This document shows positions 10,765-23,391 of a stretch of 64,000 bases of DNA, piece by piece. Every line of letters starts with the position of its first letter. Position 1 is the first letter of the stretch. Where the stretch lies: assembly GCA_030704615.1 (NCBI GenBank), contig CM060732.1, positions 78,368,001 to 78,432,000 of the forward strand. The letters run 5' to 3'. The DNA is from Takakia lepidozioides (Eukaryota; Plantae; Bryophyta). A model generated the notes under the pieces. That model was not told where the DNA came from and did not search any database. It saw nothing but the letters and a program-made list of their open reading frames with translations. The translations under genes and the position numbers were made by a program.

Positions 10765-13700
10765 TTAAGAATCATTGCCATTCGCTGCTTGCGAGGACTG
10801 CCAGAAGTCTTTTGTACAAATGAGTAGCCCTTCTGAGTCTGCAGGGCCTTGCTCAGTGTCATGGCTTGAGCACTTCCATCGCATGGCCTTACCCAGAACA
10901 TTTGCATTTTCTAGGAAATGCAAAGAATCACGGAAAATGACCTGGCCGCCAGGTCTTAGTATACGGTCCATTTCCAACATCACATCCTTCATCTCGCATC
11001 TGTAAAAGAGCCCAATGTCAGAGGAGAACAAGTGCCCTTCTGCACACATCAGACGAAGACGAAAAAAGCAGGAGAGTAGAGGGTAAGAAGAGCCAGACAG
11101 GATTAACCAACCAGATGAAGTCCAAATAGTTAAACAAAGCTGTGAATCAAACATTCAAGCCTCACAGAAGAGCGTCACAAGCACAGAGGGTGAAACGAGC
11201 CCCTAGGGTGCTAAAAGGTTCACCTCATCAAAATCCCTTGTAAACATAATAAGATTCCCACTTAAGCTAGAGTGATTTTTCAAACTAAGATCACCATCAT
11301 GGAGGCTGAATGATGAATACCTGTGGCTCTCGGAAGTGAAAAGCCCAGCAAGATGGAGGAGATCATATGTCCTAGGATATGTGGAGAATGCCTCACACCT
11401 GCAGTGACAAGGGTTAGACATCATCCCTAGGAACTGAGATAAAGTTGATGGCTTAATGAATGTTAAGTGACCCAACTAGAGGAAAGCTAGTCACCATGAG
11501 TGGACTTAACTACAGTTAGACTCTTAACAAAAAAGTTGTGCACAGAAGACATTTTTGCCCACAACAGGATTCAAAATCCAGTTATATTTCCAAAGATACT
11601 CAAATGGCTTGTGCACAGTCACTTACCAGTCTGAGACTGTACCAATCAAGCCACGGTCGTACACAATCGCCAGAGTGTTCGTTGCATATGATGACACAAC
11701 ATTCATCACCCACACTGGATCCTCTTTCAATGCAGCTGCAAACCCTCCATACAGGGTATACATATCCATGACATTCCGCATCTTGCCAGATCGTAATTCA
11801 GGTATCAACTGCTTGTAGTGCATCACTCTTTTCTGCCACAGGCGGGTGTCTGTATTGAACTGGCCAGGATGGCCGCCTACAAGCTTGAGTCTCTCTGGTG
11901 CAGCAGTAAGTCTTGCCGGCCACTTGGGCGTTTTACCAACAGCAAGATTCTGTATACCGTCAACCTGCGGCACAATGCAAGGCCGCATTGGCACATACCT
12001 GCAGGACACATCATTGTGGTTTTAAGTAGGAACCAAATTCAGAAAACCTAAACGATTCCCCCAAAAAGCAGAACAATTCTCTCCCGGACACAAACACATA
12101 GCAAGGCCCAGCAAACTGTGAGAATTTTCAAAAGCTTGGTTGCTATAGTAAATTAAGTCCAACGTGTCTAACCAAAGCTTAGAAAACACGCTGAGTAAGG
12201 GTGGCATAAGTGATCCATGGCAGATCTCGGTAACTTTCCAGGCTGCTTGGTACCCCATCCTCTCCTTTGGGAATCATGGATCACATGCAACCTGCAGTCC
12301 CAGTGACTTTCAAGATTGGCTTGTTCACTTCGTGGCAGTGACCACCAAAGAAATATCTCACATTAAGTGGCTTGGACAGAAGAATCACCTATAGTAGCTC
12401 AAAATGGTAGTAATCCAGAAGGTCCAGAATAGAAGTAGGGTGGGATTCCTGAAACTTCCCTGTGATACTGCTCTCAAGAAAAAAATTCTTGCGTGCTTTG
12501 TTTTTTCCATACAATTCACATTGGAAGGTATTCACATTGCTCAGTCTTTTGGAAGACTTTGGGGTAATCTAAGCAGTCTGATGTCGTGAGTGGTTAATAA
12601 ATGCCTGGGACTTCGATAAGAAGCCTAATTAGACATCTTTCACTGCAACAATTAAACTAGGAGAATGCAGAGAACCAACAGGTGGCAAAATAACCAAGCA
12701 AATGAAAACGCTGACTTGACATGGAGGGGATAGACCCAGCATACCATGCAGCATCTGGCTCAATGGCATCATCACAAACTGGTGGATATGTGAGAGGAGC
12801 ACGCTCCTCGTAGCAGCTATTATCAGAAGGCTTCTGCCAAACAGCCAGATCTTCTTTCATGGCATAGAGCTTGTAGCACATCCTCCTCAGCAGATCTTTT
12901 ATTTTGTCCAGAAGAGTTTTCTCTTTCTCCTCAGTTGACTCCCACCCCCTCCAGTGTGTCTGGTAGTTGACGGGTGGTCCAGATAGCACCCAAAAGCCTC
13001 CGGGCCGCAGGACCCGGTCGACCTCCAGCAAAAACACACCGCCTGCCAAATTCACTTTCAAGTCAGACAATCACTCTAGCAGTAACATCTACCAGGGTAT
13101 GAAGCAAGCTTCTTTTGGCCAGTCCAGTCTATGGCAGTAATACACTCAGGCACCAATCGATACGGAAAAGTGGTATGAATGGCACCAAGATAACACAAGG
13201 AGCACTACACCTGTCTTCTCGAAAGTTAACACGTATTTATGATTTGTCTGAGGGGTTCCAGGAACATGCACAGTTCACAATCTGTTTGGCTCGGGCACCA
13301 CGGCCTAGCCAAATCTCGCACAGAAGGGCTGGACTGGCCTCTACAAAACCAGAGCCTTTTCTCCACCAAATACCAGAGAGGGGCACAGTGATAAACAGTG
13401 ACATAAAAATTGCCCCCTTCCACCACTACCTATTGCACCATGCCGTGATCAAAGATTAAAGCACACTAACTTACCGAATTCTACCCAAGGAATCAAACAT
13501 CGGGAACAGTGGGCCATGTCAAAAGCATTGGCAGGATATGGCATGCGTTGGGTAGCAATAATGCCTAGCATTGCTGGAACACCTCTTTCCAAGGCAAACT
13601 GCACTTGCGCCTCATGATTGTCTCTGGGAGCCAGTGACATTGTCAAAATCCCCCTCTCCAGGAGATACCCTCCCCAGCTGGCCACCTGCATGTATCAGAA

Positions 13701-16047
13701 TCTCTTTAGACACGCCTACACTAGTAACCCCAAGTCAGCAAAGGGATCAAATTCGTATAACCCACTTTTACATTCCCTTCCTCCATGTTGCTTCATCTAC
13801 AAACGAGTGCCAAATCGACCTGCAATCTGTCAAAGATGGTGTATATATGACTTTCACGCCAGGTATAACAACCCTCTTCACTTTACGAAAGCTAGAGAGG
13901 CAAGTAAAACAACTTAATAGTTCGCTCTCAGACTCAGATCTATGAAAAGATTTTCTCTTTCTTCCTGATAAAGCAGGTTACTGTGACTGGAGTCCACTGG
14001 CGCCTGCTGCATTGTCTGGTTAATTGGTAAAAGCAAAGAACCAGTTACTAAAGCTGATCAGGCATTCGGGAGAAGACCAGTTGGCATACATCCTTTGCAC
14101 ATAATCCCTGGATCTTGCTGTAGCTTGTATAAGCTCATGAAGATACGTCTTCTTGTATACACCCGGAATTAAATTTTCCACGTCTACTGGAGGTTAACTC
14201 ATGCTTGTATCTTGCAACATGAAGGGTAGTGTAGATTGTGCCTACATATTTGCGGGGGAAATGATCAGCCAATGCAGTATCAACTCATGGCACGCTTTAC
14301 AAATAAGATAAATAACCAGCTAAGATGAAGGCTGAACAAGCCACGTTACATTATCAGCAAAGCTCAACAAACTCCAGACAAGAACACCACAGCATGCCTT
14401 TACAGGAAAGTCACATGCACATCCAGAAAAACCACCAATTAGATTCGATAAAATTGAGTACCAGCTCCCACTATTTTTGTAGTGCCACTCACCCCACAGC
14501 CAGTATCAAGTGCAGTTCGAACTGAACCGTCCTTCATGCCAGGAATAAGCTCTTCCATGTGGTCAATGTACTCCCCCACACCATTGGGGAACATAGTACC
14601 TCCACCAGGAAACACAAACCTGTCACCCTTCTTCTTCAACCAGTTTTGATTGGCTTTCGCTGTATTGATCCACTCGTACGGCACATTTCTGGAAGCGAAA
14701 AAATAACAACCAAGAGTTCAACAAAGCATGGATTGCACCAAGACTTCAAGTCTAGATCAAGGTGAGGATACTAGAGGGACATGCACTCCTTGACCTTCAA
14801 TTTTTGAGCCCTTGTGGCCATTAAGCATGCCTTTATTTAGACTGGACATGAAAGAGGGAAGAGAAGGGAGGAGAGTAGGAAGAAAGCAGAATGGGGGCCC
14901 GTGGTGTAGCATCACTCCTGTAGGAATTGCCTCCAAAGTACAGTTAATCAGCAAGTATCCATACTAGCATCAACTAGATGTACATAGGCCAGAAGTCAGA
15001 CCCATGGAGAGCTACAGCCTTTGATGGCATTAAACTGTGAGACAACATGTAGTGCCGATAAATTTTAGGTGATCAAAGAGGCATTACCATTCAGAAGGGT
15101 AAAAGAGAGGCCTTAACCAGCTAGTTTAACTTACTCTCAGAACTTGATTTCACTTCTTCACATATGAATGTCACACAAATGTTTCTGAATTGGCAGAGAG
15201 AGAAGGAAGAGAAATGGGCAGGGTAAAAATAAGTCTTGGATATGAAGGCAATATTGACTTTGCAAACACTTACTTGTACCAGCATTCGTTGCGGCTCTTA
15301 GGCCACAACATGGGGATTTTGTAACCTTCAGGTGGGGGGATCAAACATTGGAGTCGCTCAGAACGGGATGGGCAATGCCGCTCTCTGAAAGCCATGCGAT
15401 GCCTATCGTACTTCCTCCATCTCTGTTTGCAAATTCATAAACACCGTCATTAGCATCCCCAACAAAACCACAAGAAGGAAAACAAATGATTCAACTGATG
15501 AAAGAGTTCACACTTAGATCCCACACAAGAATTTCAAAACTAAACGAACAACTATTAGCTACCACACAAGACAACGACAATTGAAAGTGTGCAGGAAGCA
15601 CAACTGTTCTGGCATACAATATCTGCCACTGGTGCAGAATGTCAGTGAGGCCAGATATTTAGACGAAACTAAATTGGTTGAACTACCTATGACAAATCTC
15701 TGAATTATATAGCTTGGCAAGAAGCTGGCACTGCACTCCACATGCTGATTATATCAAGCAACCCAACAGCTGAACAAAGAACTTGTAATTACCATGGGGT
15801 CGGTGCAGGGAGTGTTATCTTGCAATGTGATATTGCACTCCTGGAAAGGCTCTTGCTTGATAATTGAGGTGCAGCTGGACTTCTCAATGGCATCCTCTCC
15901 TAACCTGTTCTCTTCCAATATTTTCTCCTTTTCAGAGCAGAATGCACCGCCAAGGTAGAAGGAAATCCCACACAGGGTTATCACAGTGAGAACCAGCGGC
16001 AGCAGCTGCTTGCCCATACCAAAAAGGCCTGGCTTCAAGTCCTTCAT
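10765..16047 (-). CDS. Golgi SAM-dependent methyltransferase (Methyltransf_29/DUF248), PMT20/PMT21 (ERD3)-like
   Basis: Eight phase-consistent GT-AG exons: 16047-15793, 15422-15274, 14688-14493, 13685-13475, 13042-12745, 11998-11627, 11398-11321, 10999-10765. N-terminal signal anchor ([10 protein letters not shown]), [61 protein letters not shown]. Confidence 0.95.
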
Positions 16048-19000
16048 GTGCCTGTCTCCCCTGTGAAATCATGACATGGAGCATTACATCTACATTAGCA
16101 CAATTCAATGTGCGTTGAAAACTACCTTTAAGCTCCAAATCTACCCTCCTCCCCCTTCATCCACTTCCCAGAACCCCAGGGTTCAATAAATTACCAGATA
16201 ATCAGGATACTTAAGAAATAAGGTGTTGGACTATGGTTACTATTATATTGAAGCTAATGTCTTCCTTGCTACCCTGGCCCTGCTACCATCAGAGGGCATC
16301 TGAAACAGAAAGACTGTCAGATTGGAAAACAGATGGATATTGAGTGCCAACTAAATACATGCATTGTCCTAGGCCACTCTAACCTCTTAGAGAAAATCCC
16401 CCGGTACAGGATAATGCTGGCTCTCAGGTATCGACGACGGAAGAACCTTCCGGGATCCATGGTGGAGAAAAGGTGAAGGCTAGCAACAAAAGCATAGTCA
16501 TGGGCAGGGTGTTAGGAACACTCCTACGATTGGCATCCACACTTATGTGCCTAGACTCCACTTTCTCTGCATGCAACAAAAACCTTGCTATGAATCAAAC
16601 TGGAAGATGACATAAAGGGATACCATTCAGAATGATTTGTGGCAGATAATGTCGGCGATGCTTCACCTTAAATGACGGTAGCAGAAATGCAATGCCAAAG
16701 TTAAGATCCAGTTCCAGTATGCTAGAGATCGAGGACAGTTTTTTAACCAGTCGCATCAATGCTCGGTGAGTGTGGCAATGATACAAGTTCTTACTTAATG
16801 ATCCTCGTAGCAAGGATTATAGGGAAATCTTGCAAACATAACAAAAAGGAGAACAAGCAGTTTGACGTAAATTCAGTAGAGATGGAATTCGAGATAATGG
16901 ATCCCCACAATGCCACTCTTCCAGAACGTGACAAGGATGCAAACCTGGCTTCCATGTAAGAGAACTTTAGAGAAAGACTTCAACGATGATGAACTGTTCA
17001 ATACACGACGGTAAGACTTCATGGACCCTACTTGTAGTACAAAATCTACACTTCATTGACACAGACTGTCAGATCAAGTCAAAAAAGCATGATGGAGAGG
17101 GAAATCAGGTGCAGGCGAGGACAGTGATGTCCACAAATGAAAAAGACGAATGAACGGAGATTTGAAAGTACCTTGAGGGGAAGTCCACACCCGAAAAGAT
17201 CAAAGGGGCACTACACCTGCATACGATGAACAGGTGCCGAGCCCTCGCTACTTCAATGTCACATACAAACGGGATACTCCTAAATCCCATAGAAACGGTG
17301 CGTATAGAGTACAACGTGATTAGCTAGGTACCAGCGGGAGGATTAGTCTTGCCACCTAAAAACAACTGAGAATGAGCACCTAGAGTAGCTTACCAGGTCA
17401 AGCTACTGGTGCCGTTGCGGTTCTCTTTCCGCCTGGAGAGATCACCGACACAATACGACGGTGTCTGACAACACCTACGTCCTGAGAGGGAGCTGAGCGC
17501 CTGAAACTTCGATACATGAGCGAAAAATAACGCCAGACACTCCGGTGAAGCAAAGAGTGAGAGACAACACTGTGATAAGGACAGAAAGACGAAAACAACC
17601 AAACCAAGCTAAAAGGGGGAGTGAGAAATAGTGAGTCCTATAAAATTCAAAAATGGCGGACTCAAAGACTGTCTGCGAGGCTCATCGGCCAGCAACTTTG
17701 TCAAAACAGCACAACACAATGCTCATAATGCTAGAGAAGGAGACACAGAAAGGCAGCCGAGACCAGGGGATCCTTGTACCAAACGCTCGAATCAACTTTC
17801 AAGGTTAAACGGATTCACAGAAGTGCGATAGTAAACACCGAACAGTCCCTTCCAAGAAATGCAATGGCAACTACAGAACGAAAACGGGAGATCACAACAG
17901 CAATCCAGAGAAGCAGAGAGCGATCTAGCAGGTGCTGCTCCACGAGCCTGTCAGCGAGCGTGGCCCGCGGCAGAGAAGCGCGGAGGTAATCAGTGAACTG
18001 ACCAGGGTTAGTAGATTAGTTCGGTTTACCGAATAATTAGACTGCCTAGTGAGTTAGTTAGAAACTAAACAGCCTTAATATTTAGTCTGTTTCCGTTACC
18101 ACCGTTTCAAAACAAGTTTAGTGAGCTGTTTGGTAAGTGATTTAGTGAGATCGTTAGTGGGTTGGTTAGTGAGCAGAAGGCAATAATAGTGAATTGTCGC
18201 TGCAGAGGGTCGTAATGACTAATGACAGTCGCAGTATCTTCAGTCGGACGGATCTTGTCATCGTACTCCGGTCTTCAGCACTACTTATTCCACATTCATC
18301 CACTTGACGACCGTGAATGGTCTCATCCATTTGGACGCATTCATCCGTCTCTCTCGTGAGCATCTACCGAAAGGCAGATCAATGCGTGATGAAGGAGGCA
18401 GTCGTTCGAAGATATCCGGAGCTCTGAGATATTAGAGGTCTAGGCCCAGTTTAGAGCTGAATGGTCTCTCCCATTGATCTCCTCTAAAGATATGAACGGG
18501 CATCTCAAAGAACATCACAGGTGGTTTCTCAAAGGGTTCCCAACCAAGAAAAGTTTTGAGAGGTTTGTAATCGGGGCTCTGTGGGAGCCACCTGGGCACC
18601 TGTTGATGTGTCAGGGTAGGTATAAAGATTGTGCGTTAATCCTAGATGTGGTCTATGGCATGGGGCAAAGCACCTGCATCTGAAGCAACCTGGCTATGGT
18701 GGCCACCCTGTCCCACCACCAGTAGCACTTCAAATTGGGTCCCAGCAGTTTCTTCATCTTCTTCAGATCAGTTAGCCAGGTTTATGCTCTAGCTGGTCCC
18801 ATATGAGCACTTTGTGAGCTGAAAATTAATTCTGAGCCGAGTTATCTACTGCATGACATCAATGCAGCTGTAACGTTGGTATGAGCCATGCGTGAACTCG
18901 TGGCCTTCAGCTTCATGTAGGGCAACACGTCAACACCTTTCTTTGACAACCAATTGGGATATTAACTTTCTAGAAGAAAAATTGAAGTTACTTGACTTGG

Positions 19001-20390
19001 TTCCGAGAGTTGGGCCCCCAGTAGTGCGCCTACGTACAGAGATACCTAAATGGCATCAATTGGGAGCAACTGAGAGCAAGCCATTCAGCATGGTCTACGC
19101 CTGCAGGTTCTGAACTGAAGATCTGATGGTCCAAGCTGGGTGGCCGCTCAGATCTCCTATCTTTCTCGCAAGGCATTTGGCTTCATTCCTCGTCAAATCT
19201 CTCAAGATAGATTCGTTATGTCAAGGAGTGCGAGACACACAAAATGAATGATGGTTAAATCTGTACAAGTTGTGAGGAGATTCAGGTATCTAGAACAGCA
19301 TAAACTTCTTCAGGATGGGATTCTAACATTCGGAATTCTTCTAGTCATGACAGGCTGAGACTTCAAACCCATGGCATTTCAAGTGTGAACAGCACAGATC
19401 CCTGTCTCAGCCATAAGACTTTTGTTCAGCTCATTGAAGCTGTGGTTAGTAAAGCTAGTGTACACATGTTTCGCTTGAAACCAACTGTGTGTAGACAGCT
19501 TTAGATGAAGCAGGAATAGGGTGCCATAGTGTCACATGTGACATCATCGTCGCCATGTCAACTTAGTCTTTTTTGGAGCTGCCAAAATATCTGAGAAAAA
19601 AAGAAGACATTTTCAAAAACAAAATAAGTCATTTTTGTCAATCACTGGCTATCGCCACGTCAATGCCATCTTTTATCTGAAGCTGCCCAAATTGCCCAAA
19701 TGGGGAAGGCAAAGAAAGTAAGTCTGGATCATTTCAAATAAGTCATTTTTGTCAAATCTGCTCTAGTACTGAGCTAATATTACTTAACTTATGCATACAT
19801 TGAGTGGAAAAAATAATCACCGATGAGGCCATGAAGGCTTACAGTGGGGAATCCTCCCAGGTGTTCTTCAATTATAGTGACTGCAAAATTCTACCCTCTA
19901 AGTTCTGGAGCTATAGGGATATCCGGAAATATCAATTTGAAAGCCTCTCAACTCCTGCAGCAAATAGAAAGAAGGGGTGTCAATGCATATCATGAAACTG
20001 GACCAAGAGAATGGATATTCATAAGTCCCTCCAAGGAATTCATCCTCTGAATTATTCAGTGTTTGATTTGAATGTACAATCTACTTGCCATTCCTGGACA
20101 ACTCCTCTGCAACAGGATTAAATCCCGCAACATCTGTTGTTCAGTGATAGTTTGTTACATGGACATGGTGAAACTGTCGAAATCTGGTAGAAACTGATTC
20201 AATTGACTCCTCACTTGACTCTCTGCTTTGAAAACACTGACAAATGCTGACCTTCCAACCTCGAGTGTGTTGTGACATTTTTTTCTTTAATGCATGGGGG
20301 GTTGGTTTCACAAACAATCCCCAAGAACCAATCCATTTCGGAAGTTGTTGGCATCTTGTACAACTTTTCTTCCAAGTATCTTCAAGAACG

Positions 20391-20685
20391 ACGGTGGTTG
20401 TGTGACAGTCACCAGACATCTGGAGATTCTTAATTGAGGCAGGTATTCGATGAACCCAAAAGCAATTGCCAGCTTCTCACTGTTGTGGCAGAGAAAAGAT
20501 TCCTTCCGTTCCTCCTCTACATCATGCGATACAAAGTGGTGTCAGGCAAGGGACAGCCTTCATGGGAATTCCCATCTGGGTATTCCTTGGCAGCGCCAAC
20601 AGAACTGGATTGGTGGGGAAACCATGGTGATCACTGCCCTCTAGCTCCTGGAATATCTGTCAAGGGTTGCCCAAGAAATTCATGA
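20391..20685 (-). pseudogene. Degenerate PPR E+/DYW domain fragment
   Basis: FVSHDVEEERKESFLCHNSEKLAIAFGFI followed, after a frameshift, by IKNLQMSGDCHTTT. Matches the DYW consensus HDVEEE.K...L..HSEKLAIAFG...KNLRVCGDCH, with Zn ligands mutated. Confidence 0.8.
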
Positions 20686-20943
20686 CATATACACCATCAG
20701 TGGCCTGCACTGCACATGTACATTTCTGTCTAGAATAACTAATGTTGTAGCCTCCTACTGTAGGCCTTGACTTGAGTAGCAATGCAGGTGCTCAAAAGTC
20801 CTGGATTTAATCGTCCTCCAGCTCATGAGACATTAAGATCCGAATATGAAAGGCCAAACACTAATCTTATGAACAATCAATCGTCACAGAGATCTAAGTT
20901 TTTCTCCAGCAACAATCCCACACACAGGAAATCTTGTTACATC

Positions 20944-21300
20944 AAGTAGGTCTGAGCCATTGGCTTCCCTGGCAACAGATAGCCCATGATGTACTCTGAG
21001 GTTAAGGTGATGCTCGGTGCCTATTACACAGACATGCCAGCCGACTGTAAGATAAAAAGGTTCAATCCTGGATCAAGCTTCTATGAAACCTATCCTTGGC
21101 AATAAGCTGTAAGCTTCACGAATGGTGGATTTGCGGTTGCCATGAGGCAATGCCATGAGGCAAGAGCATACCTTGTTTGCTGTGGCAATGAGCACTCCAA
21201 AGGGCAGTATGATCCATCAAGGAAGCTGCAGTAGTGCCTTGAAGACGTCGACCTCGATAGTGGCCAGTACCATTGAACTAATCAGCACAATCAGGAACCA
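20944..21300 (-). pseudogene. Oligopeptide transporter (OPT family) fragment, two exons
   Basis: 21300-21172 reads WFLIVLISSMVLATIEVDVFKALLQLP*WIILPFGVLIATANK|gt. 21020-20944 reads ag|APSITLTSEYIMGYLLPGKPMAQ. Resembles OPT QLPWW..LPIG.I.ATTNQ / PGLN..TEYI.GY..PG.P.A. Confidence 0.75.
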
Positions 21301-21420
21301 CTGTTGCCTCAAGTGGTTACCGGAAATGAATCGCCCTACACCCCACACTCAACTGAAATGCTCCATGTCGACCTCTACCATTTGAGAGCCCCGTCCCGAT
21401 CGTTTGAATTCAACTTTAGT

Positions 21421-21708
21421 CTACTTTACACTATGGCGAAAACCACGAAAACAACCAATACTGATCAAATGTTTTATATCACCCTGAATGGCTCTCTTCA
21501 AGTCTGAATCAACCAAGTGATTCTGGCTTGCAATTTTAACAATTTGGTCGATCTGAAACTTAGTCAGCTTATTCACCTTGATGTTTTCAGGCAGACCCAA
21601 CTGATCACAAAGCTGAGCCGCCTTTGCCTTCCCAATCCCAAACACCTGAGTCAGAGCGTACCTCACTTGCTTGTTTGCGACTAAATAAGTCCCCAAAACA
21701 TAAGACAT
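21421..21708 (-). CDS. rps13: Mitochondrial-type ribosomal protein S13 (uS13m) in a nuclear context, lacking the C-terminal tail
   Basis: MSYVLGTYL..NKQVRYALTQVFGIG..KA.Q.CDQLGL...KVNKLTKFQIDQI...VDSDLKR.IQ.DIK.LISIGCFRGFRH closely resembles bryophyte mitochondrial Rps13. It stops before GLPxRGQRTxTNA. Confidence 0.88.
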   Translation of the reverse strand: MSYVLGTYLVANKQVRYALTQVFGIGKAKAAQLCDQLGLPENIKVNKLTKFQIDQIVKIASQNHLVDSDLKRAIQGDIKHLISIGCFRGFRHSVK

Positions 21709-21911
21709 GACTATTTACTACGCCTTCAATCTCCTGACACAAACATTCACCTCAGATACCACACCGCAGACAGACCCTCCCTTCCTACACATGCTGCACT
21801 CAGTGACCATGACGAAGAAGAAGAAGACCACGATGCCATTAGGGTTAGGTCAAACTACAGTCCTCCCACACTTAGTGTTTCTGCTGCTCGTATGAGCTGA
21901 AGACTCCTTCC

Positions 21912-22310
21912 TGTATTTCAGTCACTTCCGTTCGTTTGGTGCGCGTTTCGTTCGTTCGGTACGGGATTAAGAACCGCACACGGAAATGGGTGTTGCCCTC
22001 ACCAGACACCAGACCTCTAATTCTGTCGTTCGTTTGTTGAGCGTTTCGTTCGTCCGGTACGGGATTAAGAGCCGCACACGGAAATGGGTGTTTCCCTCGC
22101 CAGACACCAGACCTCTAATTCTGTCGTTCGTTTGGTGCGCGCTTCGTTCGTCCGGTACGGGATTCAGCACACGGAAATGGTTGTTTCCCTCACCTTTGTA
22201 ATTCGTTTGGTGCGCGTTTCGTTCGTCCGGTACGGGATTCAGAGCCGCACACGGAAATGGGTGTTTAGTGCGGGTGTTTCACCAGCCCTCTAATTCTACA
22301 CTCCCCCTTT
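21912..22310 (-). mobile_element. LTR-like remnant (TGTA...TACA) preceded by a polypurine tract
   Basis: On the minus strand AAAGGGGGAG (22310-22301) is followed directly by TGTAGAA at 22300. A candidate end AAATACA lies at 21912. No partner LTR is in the window. Confidence 0.45.
21930..22297. repeat. Tandem repeat, ~98-bp unit x~4
   Basis: gttcgtttggtgcgcgtttcgttcgtccggtacgggatt(a/c)agagccgcacacggaaatgggtgttt...cctctaattct repeated; the third copy is shortened. Confidence 0.92.
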
Positions 22311-23391
22311 GTTTCTCAGGGCGTATCCAAAGGTCCACGCCTCGGAATATGGGGTCACCCCCGCCAGCCCACCTTCATTCAATGCGGGTGTTGCAGAAGA
22401 CGGGCCGCCCATCCCCACCTTATCAGCGACCAAGATTCGGGCAGCGGGAAAAGCATATTCCTCCCTCATGGCACGATGCCATCTGACCAACTTGCTCGGG
22501 CAGGGACAGGGGTGCGACCCGGTTCGGGCGCATGTGGATTTGAACTGGACACCCTTAAACTTAATGGATGAATGTGTGCATGGATGAATGTGTGACCACC
22601 TATGCAAGGCATTCAAGGAAGAAAGCTTTGGAGCTTCTCTCTCTCAGAGGGGAGATGGTCTGGTGTGTTAGTTGTGAGTATGAACACTTGGTATGGACTG
22701 GACAGGGCAGCTGTTTGTGCATTGCGCTGCAGTCTGTGCAAACTGTGATGACGCGCCCGGGCCCAGCAACGTACAGTGATTGACTGTGAAATTGGGAGTT
22801 TAAGTGTACATGAGCATGGAAAACATACTAAAGCCCAGGAGTGCTACGAGGTACTTAAAACCCAGCTTACCTTCACTGACATGGAGGGAGATTTATGAGA
22901 CTGGAAAGCGATCAGAGAATAAGGAGCCATGTGTCTGTGGTAGTTATGCTAAAGCTCAACGTGGCTCCTCCGTAAAAGAGTTCCCTTTGCAAATCCGGAC
23001 ACGTGCAAAAGTGCTCTACTCCAAAGCAAAGAAGAACGACCATGAAGAAGCCACGGCAACTGTGCTCAGCATCATCGATTTTGTCAATCTGGTGAAAGTG
23101 GTGAGATCATCGTGTTGGGTTCGCATTTTCATTGACACGTAATGAGTCCAAGTGAAACGATCGGGAGAATAGGTGGGTTGAATCAGATCTGCTATATAGT
23201 GCCCTGTATCACTGCAATCTACCATCTCACACACCGAAGTTCGTCGCTGACAACACACAACAGGACTTCACAGTCTTCAATCGCTTTTTCCTTTTAGAGT
23301 TTCTGGGTTCATCAGCTTCGAGTTGGTGTGTGGAACGTCGTTGTGAAGAGCTCGCATTTGAATCTGTATTTGTTTTAGAGCCTTGAACGAA

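Noticed and set aside
18000-18175. TTAGT/GTTAG-rich tract as a repeat or interstitial telomere
   Set aside because: No regular period and no TTTAGGG units. It probably belongs to the PMT upstream region.
19545-19760. Duplicated aaataagtcatttttgtcaa block as a DNA transposon end
   Set aside because: No matching inverted partner or TSD was found.
21930-22297. CRISPR-like repeat-spacer pattern
   Set aside because: The sequence between the repeat cores is itself repeated, so this is a simple tandem repeat.
22310-22560. 7SL, MRP or telomerase RNA gene
   Set aside because: No recognisable conserved motifs, Pol III USE/TATA promoter or template sequence.
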